Source: Chloropicon primus (taxonomy: Eukaryota). From it: a DNA stretch of 64,000 nucleotides. The position numbers and the translations under genes are program-made. Under the pieces are notes generated by a model. That model was not told the origin of the DNA, ran no database searches, and saw nothing but the letters and a program-made list of their open reading frames with translations. Below are positions 1 through 9,663 of the stretch, piece by piece (positions within the stretch are counted from its first letter, which is position 1; each line of letters opens with the position of its first letter). The stretch spans positions 186,001 to 250,000 of the forward strand of contig CP060769.1 of NCBI GenBank assembly GCA_023205875.1, in the 5' to 3' direction.

Positions 1-1598
1 ACATGGACTTCAGGTGCTTCCTGTCGGCAGAGCCGATTGCCGGGAACCCCCACGCCAAGATCGTCCCAGAGTCGATCCTTCAGGGTTGCATCAAGGTCTC
101 CAACGAGCCTCCTAGCGACATGAAGTCCAACTTGAGGCGCGCCTTCGGGGCGTTCGACCAGGAGCTCTTCGACAAGTTAGAGGAGCCAAAGAAGCAGACT
201 GCTTTCAAGTCGATCCTCTTTGGACTTTGCTTCTACCACTCCCTCCTCCTTGGACGTAAGAAGTTTGGAGTTGGAATCGGAACGGGCACGGGCTCTGGAA
301 TGGGCTTCTGCAGGGGCTACAGCTTCAACATGAGTGATTTGACCACCTGCGCCGACGTGCTTTACAACTACATCACCGCCAACCAGGAGGTGCCTTGGGA
401 TGACTTGAGGTACATGTTCGGAGAGGTGTTCTATGGCGGCTGGATCACGGACGCCATGGACAGGAGGTGCTGCGTTACTTACTTGGAGGTCTTGTTCAGG
501 CCCGAGCTGCTTCCTGACGGCAACTCCTCGCCCAACATGGAGTTGGCCCCAGGCTTCAGGGCCCCGTACCCAACCGATTACGCGTCCCTCAAGAACTACA
601 TCGAGACGGCCTTGCCCGCGGAGTCGCCTGTGATGTACGGGCTCCACCCCAACGCCGAGATCAGTCTGTTGACCGCGGAGAGGGAGATCCTCTTCAACAC
701 GATCTCCGAGGTCAGCGGCAACACTGACGCCGGTGGAAGCGGGTCCAAGGGCTCGGACGTCGTCCAGAGGGACCTCGAGAGGTTCATGCAGATGCTTCCA
801 GAGTCCCTCGACATGATTGACATCGAGAGCCGCGTCAAGTCAAAGACGCCTTACGTCATCTGCGCATTGCAGGAGGCCACGAGGCTGAACAACCTCTTCG
901 CGGTGATGAGGAAGAGCATGGAGGAGCTCCAGCTCGGTCTGGAGGGCGCCCTCAACATGAGCGCCGCCATGGAGGCCTTGGCCGCTGGCATCGCCAGCAA
1001 CTCTGTCCCCGCTCTTTGGATGTCTCACGTGTCCACCAGAGTCCAGGAGGTCTACTCCCTGAGCGCGTGGTACGCCGACATCCTGAAGAGGGAGGAGCAG
1101 CTCAAGATCTGGACCAAGGGCGACCTTTCCCTGCCCACGAGCGTGTGGCTGCCCGGCCTCTTCAACCCAAAGGCCTTTGTCACTGCCGTGATGCAGACGT
1201 ACGCCAGGACCAACAAGCTTCCCTTGGATGTGATGAAGTTCATGACCGACGTCACCACCAAGGTCGATCCCTCTCAGATCCCAGAGGCCCCAAGCGAGGG
1301 AGCCTACGTGCACGGACTGTGCATCGAGGGCGCGAGGTGGGACAAGGCCAGCGGCTCCCTGAGGGACTCTATCCCCGGCGAGCTTCACACGCCCATGCCT
1401 GTGATCTGGATCAAGCCCGTGACTGCGGACAAGTTCACCTTGAAGAACTATTACGAGTGCCCAGTCTACACGAACATGCAGAGGGCGAACGTGTACTCCC
1501 CCATGGTGAGCACCTTCACCCTGCGCACCAAGGAGGCACCCTACAAGTGGGTGTTGGGCTCCGTGGCCTTGCTCCTTCAGGACGACCTCTCCGCCTGA
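1..1598 (+). CDS. Axonemal dynein heavy chain, C-terminal part (AAA6 lid and C-terminal domain), 5'-truncated by the window; resembles the outer-arm alpha chain
   Basis: ORF 3..1598 carries dynein heavy chain motifs: FRCFLSAEP, NEPP, LFGLCFYHS, PWDDLRYMFGEVFYGG, GLHPNAEI, WLPGLFNPKAF, GLCIEGARW, YECPVY and KWVLGSVALLL. The alpha-type assignment is from recalled similarity of the GVGIGTG insert and the C-terminus. Confidence 0.95.
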   Translation, partial: MDFRCFLSAEPIAGNPHAKIVPESILQGCIKVSNEPPSDMKSNLRRAFGAFDQELFDKLEEPKKQTAFKSILFGLCFYHSLLLGRKKFGVGIGTGTGSGMGFCRGYSFNMSDLTTCADVLYNYITANQEVPWDDLRYMFGEVFYGGWITDAMDRRCCVTYLEVLFRPELLPDGNSSPNMELAPGFRAPYPTDYASLKNYIETALPAESPVMYGLHPNAEISLLTAEREILFNTISEVSGNTDAGGSGSKGSDVVQRDLERFMQMLPESLDMIDIESRVKSKTPYVICALQEATRLNNLFAVMRKSMEELQLGLEGALNMSAAMEALAAGIASNSVPALWMSHVSTRVQEVYSLSAWYADILKREEQLKIWTKGDLSLPTSVWLPGLFNPKAFVTAVMQTYARTNKLPLDVMKFMTDVTTKVDPSQIPEAPSEGAYVHGLCIEGARWDKASGSLRDSIPGELHTPMPVIWIKPVTADKFTLKNYYECPVYTNMQRANVYSPMVSTFTLRTKEAPYKWVLGSVALLLQDDLSA

Positions 1599-1692
1599 GG
1601 ATAGGATTACTGTGGATTCCCGGTTCGACTGCTACTAAAAACAGGGTTATATATTTTAATACAAATATGGTTTCTTTAAGAGAAAGGTCATC

Positions 1693-2155
1693 TTACACTT
1701 TTGTTTCCATGACGACGTCGTCCGCGTCGATACTCTCGTCGACGGCGTCGAGCTCTTGTCGTACATAGTCCGAAAGACGCGCCAGGCACGCCGCTACTTC
1801 AATGTTTTGTTGGGACTGCATGAATTTGATCACCTTCTCGTAAGCGTCCTGCATCCCTGCAAGGTACGCACGCTTCTGTTGCGACTGAGCCTGCGGAGCC
1901 CCCCCCCAAAAAAAGAGTTTGCAGTTATCGTCCAGGTGCGTGTTTCGTCCAAAACGAAGAGTAACCAATAGAGAATCACAGAAGAGAGATAGTGAAGCGA
2001 TGCGTCAGCCAACAGACATCAAAAGAAGGAGACGAAGAAGACGCACGCACCTGTGTGTAAAGCAAGGACACGGCGTTGGCCGCGCTACTAAACGTCTTGA
2101 AGAGCTTCCTGTCCGTCTCCTCGAGGGACTTGGTCACCCTCTTCCTCTTTCCCAT
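1693..2155 (-). CDS. Small HAPSTR1/C16orf72-like protein (the plant 'holocarboxylase synthetase-like' family), about 100 aa, 2 exons
   Basis: Exons 2155-2051 and 1890-1693, with a phase-0 GT..CAG intron at 2050-1891. Spliced product MGKRKRVTKSLEETDRKLFKTFSSAANAVSLLYTQ|AQSQQKRAYLAGMQDAYEKVIKFM resembles the family motif F-x-x-AAN-x-x-x-x-LY. Confidence 0.75.
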
Positions 2156-2873
2156 GATGAGGAGGTTGAGGAGGATGTGCTGCTGCTGCTGTTGATGATG
2201 ATAGGAGGAGAAGGGCGTTGGCGGAAGAGCCTCCCTCTGACGACTGGCTGGTTCCTCCACGAAAGACGCAGGAACTGGAAAGGGACCAACGCGACTTTCC
2301 TTCCCGTCGAGCTGCTCTCTTCCAAACAAACAAAAAAAAAAGAAAAATGCTCTTTCAGTTTTGGGTTGCGTGCTCCATTCCTCCACGCAAAAAAAAAAAG
2401 CGCCACGTCGCCGGCAAACGACGGTTCGAACGAAGCACCGTCCGCGGGTCCTCGCTCGTCGTCCCTCCGTCCTCTCCTCCGACCCCAGCGTCGCCGCGAA
2501 AACTCACCTCTCTCTCTCTCTCTCTCTCTCTGACTTTTGGCGCGAGCGACGACGAACGCATCGATGAGATGAGATGAGATGGATGGATGGAGAGCAGAAG
2601 CAGGGAGGAAGGAGAAGGAGAAGGATGGTGGGGGGGATCATCTCATGTCTCACGGGGCTTTGCATTTTGCAAAAGCTCTCTCTCTCTCTCCTCACTCTTC
2701 TGAAAGTTTTGACGCCTTGGTGTTCAGTGTTCAGTGTTCAGTGGGCTGTAACATGTCATGAATAAATAACAAACACGGTCGGCTCCGCCCGTTTACCGAT
2801 CGATCGCTTGGGTTGCTGCAGACTACTCCTTCCTGGCCCTCGCCGGCGGTGTCAAGCGCCGCCGTGTGAGTCA

Positions 2874-3728
2874 TCATCCGTCCTTGTGAGCGTGGACGGC
2901 CTCCTCGAAGTCCTTCCGCGCGGCGTAAGCCTTCTTCTGCATGGTCTTAACCTGCTGAACGTAGAAGTTGGCCTCGTTCCAGTTTCTCGTGACGTCCCTG
3001 ACCATGCCAGCGGCCTCCGTCCAAAAGTTGACGTAAGTGTTCTTGTCCAGGAGGTTGGGACCCCTGTAGACGGACTTTTGGTACGCCGGCCACGTCTGAG
3101 GGGCAGGCAAGTCCACCACCGGCTTGGTCAGGGGCTCCATCGGGTTGACGATCACGGCGCCCTGGGCGGTCACGAGGCCGTCCCCGATGGTGTCCTCGCA
3201 AAAGGTGACCGACCAGCCCTTAATCTGGGGCGTCTGAGACTGCTTCTTCGCCCTCGCGATGGCCATGAGGGTCCATTTTCCCCTCGAGGAGCCCTCGATC
3301 TTGCTCAGGGCGACGTCGGGCGCGTAGTTCCCGGTGAAGGGCGCCTCCTCCGGCCACATTGGAAAGTGCTCCTCCGCGTCGTCGACGAACGTCGTCTCCT
3401 CGAAGTTCTTCCCCTTCCCCCCGTGCCCGAAGGACTTGAGCCTGATCTGCTGGAGCTCCTCGCCCTCCCTCCTCCTCAGCACGAGCTTCACGCCTCCCAC
3501 TCGCGGGGAGGTCACGTTCATCGACACGAACGTCCTGTCCCTGGGGAAGCTCTCCGACACCCACAGCGTGCTGTGGTTCCAGTGCGCATTCGTTTGGACG
3601 TATTCCCTGCACGTTCCCAGCACCTCGTCCTGGTACTCGTGGTAAGGGTGAGGCCCAGGCTCTCCCTTGGCCACCACCAAAGCGCAGCCCAAGACCACAA
3701 TCAGTATCACAATGGGGTGCCTCATCAT
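2874..3728 (-). CDS. Secreted protein with a proprotein-convertase P-domain-like region
   Basis: Signal peptide MMRHPIVILIVVLGCALVVAKG. Motifs GGKGKNFEETTFVDDA, APFTGNYAP and GKWTL...IKGWSVTF resemble P_proprotein domains. Confidence 0.7.
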   Translation of the reverse strand: MMRHPIVILIVVLGCALVVAKGEPGPHPYHEYQDEVLGTCREYVQTNAHWNHSTLWVSESFPRDRTFVSMNVTSPRVGGVKLVLRRREGEELQQIRLKSFGHGGKGKNFEETTFVDDAEEHFPMWPEEAPFTGNYAPDVALSKIEGSSRGKWTLMAIARAKKQSQTPQIKGWSVTFCEDTIGDGLVTAQGAVIVNPMEPLTKPVVDLPAPQTWPAYQKSVYRGPNLLDKNTYVNFWTEAAGMVRDVTRNWNEANFYVQQVKTMQKKAYAARKDFEEAVHAHKDG

Positions 3729-4067
3729 GGGAACCCTCTCTCTAGTCCTCGCCTGACGACCGACGCGCTCTCGACTGACCCGGACCAACCGCCATTCCAT
3801 GGACGGACCCCCTCGAAACGCACGGAGGAAAGCCCCACGAGCGTTACGCTCTATCTCTATAACTTGTCCACGGGATCACCTGTTCATCGAAAGACGCGAG
3901 GAGCGGACCAGACAGACGAAAGACCCAGACCGAGAGGCCTTCCGCTTCCGTTCCGCCCGCCGTTCCGTTCCGCCGTTCCGCCTCTCTCGCGCTGACGACG
4001 CACTCCGCCGCCTCGTCGTCCCTTGGTGGAGTAACGGGCGTAACGGCAGCCATCGGGCGTCGGCGTC

Positions 4068-5339
4068 ATGAGGGGAAGGGCCCTTGCTGGGGGAGGGAAG
4101 AGTCTCCGAGGCGGCCACGGCGCGGCGAGGAAGGCGTCGAGGTTGCCGAGAGCCCGAGGAGGCGTCATCCTTCGGAACCTCTCGGCCGTCGCTGCGGTTG
4201 TTTTCCTGATCACCTTGTTTTGGATGACCGTCTCGAGCTCCACGAGGCTGCCCCATACGAGAACCGTGACCGACGCGGCGGCGACTGCCACTGGAGTGAG
4301 CGGCGGCTCCTCGTCCTCCTCCTGCGAGTCGCTGTCGCGCCGAGACTGGCGGTGCGGGTGCAAGAAGTTCGGGAACAGCTCGGAGCGGATCGATTACGCT
4401 TCCTCCCTCAGGATGACCCACGAGGAGGCGAAGGGTGACGCGATACCCAAGCTGGTTCACTTCGTGAGCCGGATTTACCTGGAGGATAGCAGGGAAGCGA
4501 CCTCGAGGGGCGGGTCGGCGTCCGAGTGGTGCGGGGACGTTCCTTGCAAGTACCTGGACTACATGGAAAAGTATCTGGACAAGCTGGACGGGTTTGAGTT
4601 CCAGCTGCACTGCCGGGAGCAAATCGAGGGCTTGCTCGCGAGCCTCTCCCCTCCCTTGCTGCAGATCTACGGCGTGCTGCGGAGAGGGATCCAGAGAGCA
4701 GACTTCGCGAGGTACGTCCTCCTTTACTACTTTGGCGGTCTCTACACTGACTTGGACGTCGAGCCCAAGGTGGACTTCGGGTCCCGGCTCCTGTCGCACG
4801 CCGGAGGCGACTCCATCGCTCGCTCCTCCGCGGGGCCCCGAGTGATTCTCGCGGTGGAGTCGAGCCTGAACTCCACGTACAACACCGAGAAGATGGAGGC
4901 CTTGGGGGAGGAATGCGCGGCGCGGGGGAACGACCCCGTGATGAGCAGGGTATGCAAGTCGTGCTCCCGGGCGATCGAGAACCGAAGCTACGCCGACTTG
5001 ATGGGGTGCGTGCACCCGATCCGGAAAGGCCGCCCGGAGCAACGCACGCGGATCGCGAACTACTGGATGATGAGCTCGCCCAAGCACGCGTTTTGGGTGG
5101 ACACGCTCGAGCTGCTTCAGAGGCGGTCCGAGCTGGAGGTCAGGGACCAGTACGACGTGTTGTACATCACGGGACCTGACGTGGTGAGCGAGGTGTACAG
5201 CCTCTACGAGGAGCAAGAGGAGGTCGTTGCCCTCGGAGAGGAAAAGATGCTCGGGCTGCTCACGCACTGGACCAGCACGAACCACAGCTGGCGCGGGGGT
5301 TTGGGTGACGAGCTTTGTACCAAGTTAAACTTATGTTAA
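4068..5339 (+). CDS. Glycosyltransferase family 32 (DXD sugar-binding; OCH1/SUR1-like), type II membrane protein
   Basis: N-terminal TM helix, IPKLVHF, RADFARYVLLYYFGGLYTDLDV (DXD), MMSSPKHAFW and ITGP. Confidence 0.9.
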   Translation: MRGRALAGGGKSLRGGHGAARKASRLPRARGGVILRNLSAVAAVVFLITLFWMTVSSSTRLPHTRTVTDAAATATGVSGGSSSSSCESLSRRDWRCGCKKFGNSSERIDYASSLRMTHEEAKGDAIPKLVHFVSRIYLEDSREATSRGGSASEWCGDVPCKYLDYMEKYLDKLDGFEFQLHCREQIEGLLASLSPPLLQIYGVLRRGIQRADFARYVLLYYFGGLYTDLDVEPKVDFGSRLLSHAGGDSIARSSAGPRVILAVESSLNSTYNTEKMEALGEECAARGNDPVMSRVCKSCSRAIENRSYADLMGCVHPIRKGRPEQRTRIANYWMMSSPKHAFWVDTLELLQRRSELEVRDQYDVLYITGPDVVSEVYSLYEEQEEVVALGEEKMLGLLTHWTSTNHSWRGGLGDELCTKLNLC

Positions 5340-5921
5340 AGCCAATTGCTGTGCCGACTCCGTTGTGCTGTCCGCCGCCTGGCGCTCCAAGTGCCACACC
5401 ACCTTCTTCCATCCGAGACCCCAGACGGTGTAAACCTCCGCGGTCATCGTCACGACGTCCTCCCCCACCTTGCGCTCCATCCTCAGGCGTCTGATCTTTT
5501 CCGTCAGGTGGTGGCGTCTCACGCAGGCTGAGCTCTCCCACGAGTGCGTCCCCGAGTGGACGAGGCGGAGCTCGCAAACGTCATCGGACCCTTTCTTGCG
5601 CGCCACAGTGAAGTCAAGAGGGCCGCAGAACGACCATTCGGGGCCGTGAAAGTTCACCCGCCCCTCTCCTTCGACGTAGAGCTCAGAGGGCCTCAGCCTG
5701 CTGAACTGCAGGGAGATGGTCTCGTGATGCCCCATCAGCGCCGCCGTGCCTCGAAAGAGTCCTCCTCTCATGTCACAGGCCTCAATCCAAGGCAGCGCCG
5801 CCGTGCCTCCCGTCCTCGCTCGTCCCTCAACTCTTGCCGCCAGCAACAGCAAAGTCAAGAGGGTCGCCGCCGTTGTCATCGTCGCCGTCATCGCCATCGC
5901 CATCGCCATCGCCATCGCCAT
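5331..5921 (-). CDS. Putative secreted protein of unknown function
   Basis: 196-aa ORF with a signal-peptide-like segment (LLTLLLLAARVEG), four Cys and coding-like codon usage. The exact start within the (MA)n run is uncertain. Confidence 0.6.
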   Translation of the reverse strand: MAMAMAMAMAMTATMTTAATLLTLLLLAARVEGRARTGGTAALPWIEACDMRGGLFRGTAALMGHHETISLQFSRLRPSELYVEGEGRVNFHGPEWSFCGPLDFTVARKKGSDDVCELRLVHSGTHSWESSACVRRHHLTEKIRRLRMERKVGEDVVTMTAEVYTVWGLGWKKVVWHLERQAADSTTESAQQLALT

Positions 5922-6065
5922 CGCCAGGTACCAAAACTTCTGTACGATTCAATCCGGAAAAAAATTGTAACGGCTGATATGGCCGCGAGTTTTCAAGAAG
6001 AAGGGGGAGGGGGAGGAGGAGGAGGCCTAGCGCCCGGAAGTCGCTGGAAAAGAATCACGCTGTTA

Positions 6066-7610
6066 TTACACCACGAAGTTAATTGATTTGATTTTCGGAA
6101 AGTTGTCCTCCTCCAAGACGCACAGAGCGTCGGGGCCGAGTTGGGGGCACCAGATGAAGTCGTGGACTCCGTTTCCTCCCACCACGCTCACCTCTTTGCC
6201 AGTCTTCAAGCTCCAGAGGGACAGGGAAGGCGTCTGAAGGCGGGAGGTGGAGCACCCGAGGAGGTCTCCGTCCCAGCTTATCCTTAGGTTCGCCGTGCCC
6301 TTGGAGGCGGGGCTGGAGGCGCCGTGGTACTTCACCAGCGGCCTCACCATCCTCGTGTCCCACAGCCTCGGGAACTGCTCGTACCCCAGGACGGCAAACT
6401 GGTGGGGGTCCCTGGGGTTCACGACGAGCTCCTGGATGCTCCTCCCGGCCTTGCACTTCCCGACGCTCCTCCTCGTTCTGCAGTCCGCACCCAAAACCCA
6501 GCCGCTCCGCAGCCCGTGGAGGACCATCCCTGCGCCCGGCACGCACGCTTGGGCCAGGACGTCGGAGCCATACCTCGCCTGCCACAAGCTCCTTATGGCG
6601 CCATCCCCGATCTGAAGCACCCTCGCGCTCTCCCTCTCCCCGATCGACAGGAACCCCACGCCCAAGTTCTGGACGGTCCACAGCGTCCCCGACGCCCTGT
6701 AAATCAAGGTGGTGCCCTGCCGAGACGCCGTCTCCGATCCGCTCGAGCACAGCACTGTCCTCGGCAGGAGCTGGTTGCAGTGCTTAGGCATGTGCACCAC
6801 AACCTTGCCGGTCTCCAAGCCCGAGCCCATCAACCCGAACACGAAGGCTTTCTTCCTCCCGGCTTGGCCCATCTCGCTCACGTGGATTGCGGGGGACTTG
6901 GTCGGATAGTTCAGGTGCGTGGCTCTTATCCTGCAAGACTCGTCCAAGGAGCGATCAGCTGGGCCGGCGGGTTTCTTCCTCCCGGACAGCACCGTGGCCC
7001 GGTCCACGAAGGTGGGAACAAAGCAGGTGCAGACGAGAGCATCGTCAGTGGCCACCTTGTTCGTCGCGCCACGAGACCACACGTAGCCACTTCCGTTGCC
7101 CAGAATGAAATTGAAGTGAACCTTCGTCCTCGCCACCCGCTGCCCCTCGTGCCTCCTCCCCGTCGTCGCCTGCGCCTCGCCGAACCAAGCATTCGTAACG
7201 TTCCTGCGCTCCGCCACTTTCACGCCCCTCCTCGTTTCATAACAGAGTCTCTGCACTCCGGTGCTGGCGGCCGTCAGAGGCAGCCTCCCGCACTCCCTGT
7301 GGCGAATCAGCCGCAATATCGTGTCGCAGATCTCGCCATGACTCGATCCAAGGCTCCCAACGCTGTCACCACTTCCATCCGAGGCAACCCCAGCGCCCTT
7401 GTCCTCGCTCGTCCTCCTCTTCTTTGCAGACCTCCTCCTCCTGTTCCAGTGCTTGTGACCACTGCCGCACCCTTTCTTCGACTCACCGCGGTGCACGGCG
7501 ATCCTCTCCAGGACTCTGTTCGCGCTGGAGCTCTCCTCGCTCCGGCTCGCCGCCTTGTAGTACCTGTTCGTCACGGGGTCGAACACGAACCCAGGGATGT
7601 CGACTGGCAT
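6066..7610 (-). CDS. DCAF4/WDR21-like WD40 protein (CUL4-DDB1 substrate receptor)
   Basis: N-terminal DIPGFVFDPVTNRYYK matches the DCAF4-family motif; NLS-like basic stretch; C-terminal WD40 repeats with a WDxR motif (RLWDTR). Confidence 0.8.
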   Translation of the reverse strand: MPVDIPGFVFDPVTNRYYKAASRSEESSSANRVLERIAVHRGESKKGCGSGHKHWNRRRRSAKKRRTSEDKGAGVASDGSGDSVGSLGSSHGEICDTILRLIRHRECGRLPLTAASTGVQRLCYETRRGVKVAERRNVTNAWFGEAQATTGRRHEGQRVARTKVHFNFILGNGSGYVWSRGATNKVATDDALVCTCFVPTFVDRATVLSGRKKPAGPADRSLDESCRIRATHLNYPTKSPAIHVSEMGQAGRKKAFVFGLMGSGLETGKVVVHMPKHCNQLLPRTVLCSSGSETASRQGTTLIYRASGTLWTVQNLGVGFLSIGERESARVLQIGDGAIRSLWQARYGSDVLAQACVPGAGMVLHGLRSGWVLGADCRTRRSVGKCKAGRSIQELVVNPRDPHQFAVLGYEQFPRLWDTRMVRPLVKYHGASSPASKGTANLRISWDGDLLGCSTSRLQTPSLSLWSLKTGKEVSVVGGNGVHDFIWCPQLGPDALCVLEEDNFPKIKSINFVV

Positions 7611-8085
7611 GCTTCCCCTCCCCTTTGCCCTAACACAAAGACCTCAACGCCAAGCTCCAGTCCACACTTCGACGACTGTAACCGTAACGGTTCAAACGAG
7701 CGTTACGAACCCCTCTCTCAATCAGAACGCTGCCGTCCTCCTCCTCCATGCCATCTACGCTGCTGCTGCTCCTGCAACTCCACCATGGCCATGACCAAGG
7801 TCAAGTCATCCTTCCCAAATGGGACTCAAATGGGTCAAGCGAGGTGTCGAACGAAAGCTCGTAAGACGTAAGTTCCAGTGGGCGTGTAATGCATTCCCTT
7901 CCCTTTCTCGCCTCCCTTCCCTTTCTCGCCTCCCTCTCGACCACCGACGACCTCCTGCTCTGCTCTGCGCAGACAAAAACAAGGAGTCGCGATCGATCGA
8001 TCGATCGGAAGGTGAGCAGAGAGAGAGAGAGAGAGAAGGGGAGGAGGAGGAGGAGGAGGAGGAGGTGATCGGGGGAAGCGTCTTA

Positions 8086-8115
8086 TCTTGCTCTTTCGGA
8101 AGAGCCCTCGCTCGA
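8086..8115 (-). promoter_or_regulatory. Dispersed 30-bp intergenic element, copy A
   Basis: TCTTGCTCTTTCGGAAGAGCCCTCGCTCGA on +; 29/30 identical to the reverse complement of 9664-9693. A regulatory role is inferred. Confidence 0.6.
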
Positions 8116-8576
8116 AGAAAACGACGCTCTGATGAGGATGTTGCTCCAACGAAAGAGCAACAGACAGAGCAACACCATCACGAAGGAGAGAGAGAGAGAG
8201 AGAGGGACGCCGCTGGTTGTGATCGATCGGCGGATCGATCGATCGATGGCGTCTCGTCCTTTCGTTCGGTCACGCGAGATTGAACCATCTCAAAGCCTTG
8301 AGAACAGCAAGTCGTTCTGGTTTGGAAATGGCCAACTGAGATGAGATCGATCGATCGATCGAGCCATGGACTGGACAGAACATCGGTCGAGGTGGTGCAT
8401 GCCAGAGCTGCGTGGAAGAGAGATTGACGGGGACGTCGGGACTGCGTTTGGTTGTTGCTTTCATTTGATGCTGATTTCGCATGCTCTTTGCCCCCTTCAC
8501 GTGATGAACCTGCCAGCAGAGAGATCTTGATCAACTTGACGAGTGGTTTTGGCTTTGGTTGGCGACGGGTTCAAGT

Positions 8577-9477
8577 ATGGCAGCAAGGGACAGGCCGGAG
8601 TGCAAGATTGCTCCCTCGATTCTGAGTGCTGACTTTGCGAGGCTTGCGGAGGAGAGCAAGAGGATGATCAGTTGCGGGGCGGACTGGCTTCACGTGGACG
8701 TGATGGTAAGTCGAACGGCAACGGAAGACCTCTCTGCGGGATTGATCTGACTGACAACCACTCGTGATTGGTTGCTTTTTGGTGCTTCTCTTCGACCGGG
8801 ACGAACTCGCAGGACGGGCATTTCGTTCCCAATCTCACGATTGGCGCGCCAGTCGTCAAGTCTCTGAGGAAGAATCTGCCTGACGCGTTTTTGGACTGTC
8901 ACCTGATGGTATCGAACCCAAAGCAGTGGATCCTCGACTTTGCCAAGGCTGGGGCGAGCCTGTACAACTTCCACTTGGAGTGTGTGGTGAGTGCCGCAGT
9001 CCGAGACTCGCTTGCTGCTTCTTTGCCTAACCTGACCATTTGAACCGCTGCCTCTCCCAAAAACCAAAGATGGACGACAACACGAACGAGGAGCAAGCCA
9101 CCGAGCTACGATCTCTGATCAACGAAGTGAAAGCGAGCGGCATGAAAGTGGGCATATCGATCAAGCCAAAGACTCCGGCGGAGTGGATCGTCCCCTTCTT
9201 GGGTGAGATTGACATGGTCAACGTTCTGACGGTGGAGCCTGGCTTTGGTGGACAAAAGTTCATGAGTGATATTGTAGGAAAGTGCAAAATCATCAGGGAG
9301 GCTTCCAAGGAGGTGCACATCCAGGTGGACGGCGGTGTGGCCCCCTCCACGATCGATGCCTGCGCTGCAGTGGGGGCAAACGTTATCGTTGCAGGTTCAG
9401 CGATCTTTGGTTCGGACAAGCCTCAGGAGGTGATCGCCACTTTGAAGAAGTCCGTTGAGGCTGCCGCCACCGCATGA
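8577..9477 (+). CDS. RPE: Ribulose-phosphate 3-epimerase (cytosolic type), 236 aa, 3 exons
   Basis: Exons 8577-8705, 8813-8986 and 9070-9477 (introns GTAAGT..CAG and GTGAGT..AAG). Motifs [47 protein letters not shown] and VAGSAIF. Confidence 0.95.
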
Positions 9478-9551
9478 AAAGCGCAAGCCTCGCGCTGCTT
9501 GGTGGGGTACGAGCGCAGCCTCCTTGGGTGAAAAGGAAATGCCACTGGCAA

Positions 9552-9556
9552 TGTAA
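9552..9556 (+). terminator. TGTAA green-algal polyadenylation signal downstream of RPE (representative site)
   Basis: TGTAA lies 75 nt after the RPE stop. Similar sites: 13366, 19041, 30789 and 62718 on +, and TTACA at 20585 and 55048 for minus-strand genes. Confidence 0.6.
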
Positions 9557-9663
9557 CATGATGAAGGCTCAAGGTGATCCACTCTAACGAAGTCCAATAC
9601 CAGTATTCCCGCCTTGTTGCAGTTAGGATCGATCATCCGTTTGGTGACATCCTCACCGCTGGG

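Noticed and set aside
2221..2240. Ninth copy of the dispersed element (CGGAAGAGCCTCCCTCTGA)
   Set aside because: Only a partial match that needs gaps; not distinguishable from chance by eye.
8088..8160. Hammerhead ribozyme (CTGATGAG...GAAA with a stem III-like pairing)
   Set aside because: Stem I cannot pair next to the cleavage site, stem II is poor, and CTGATGA is not conserved in the other element copies.
9480..9660. Possible ncRNA (C/D snoRNA or telomerase RNA) after RPE: ATGATGA box and a small GC-rich hairpin
   Set aside because: No matching D box or telomere template found; the region contains the RPE TGTAA signal and is best explained as 3' UTR.
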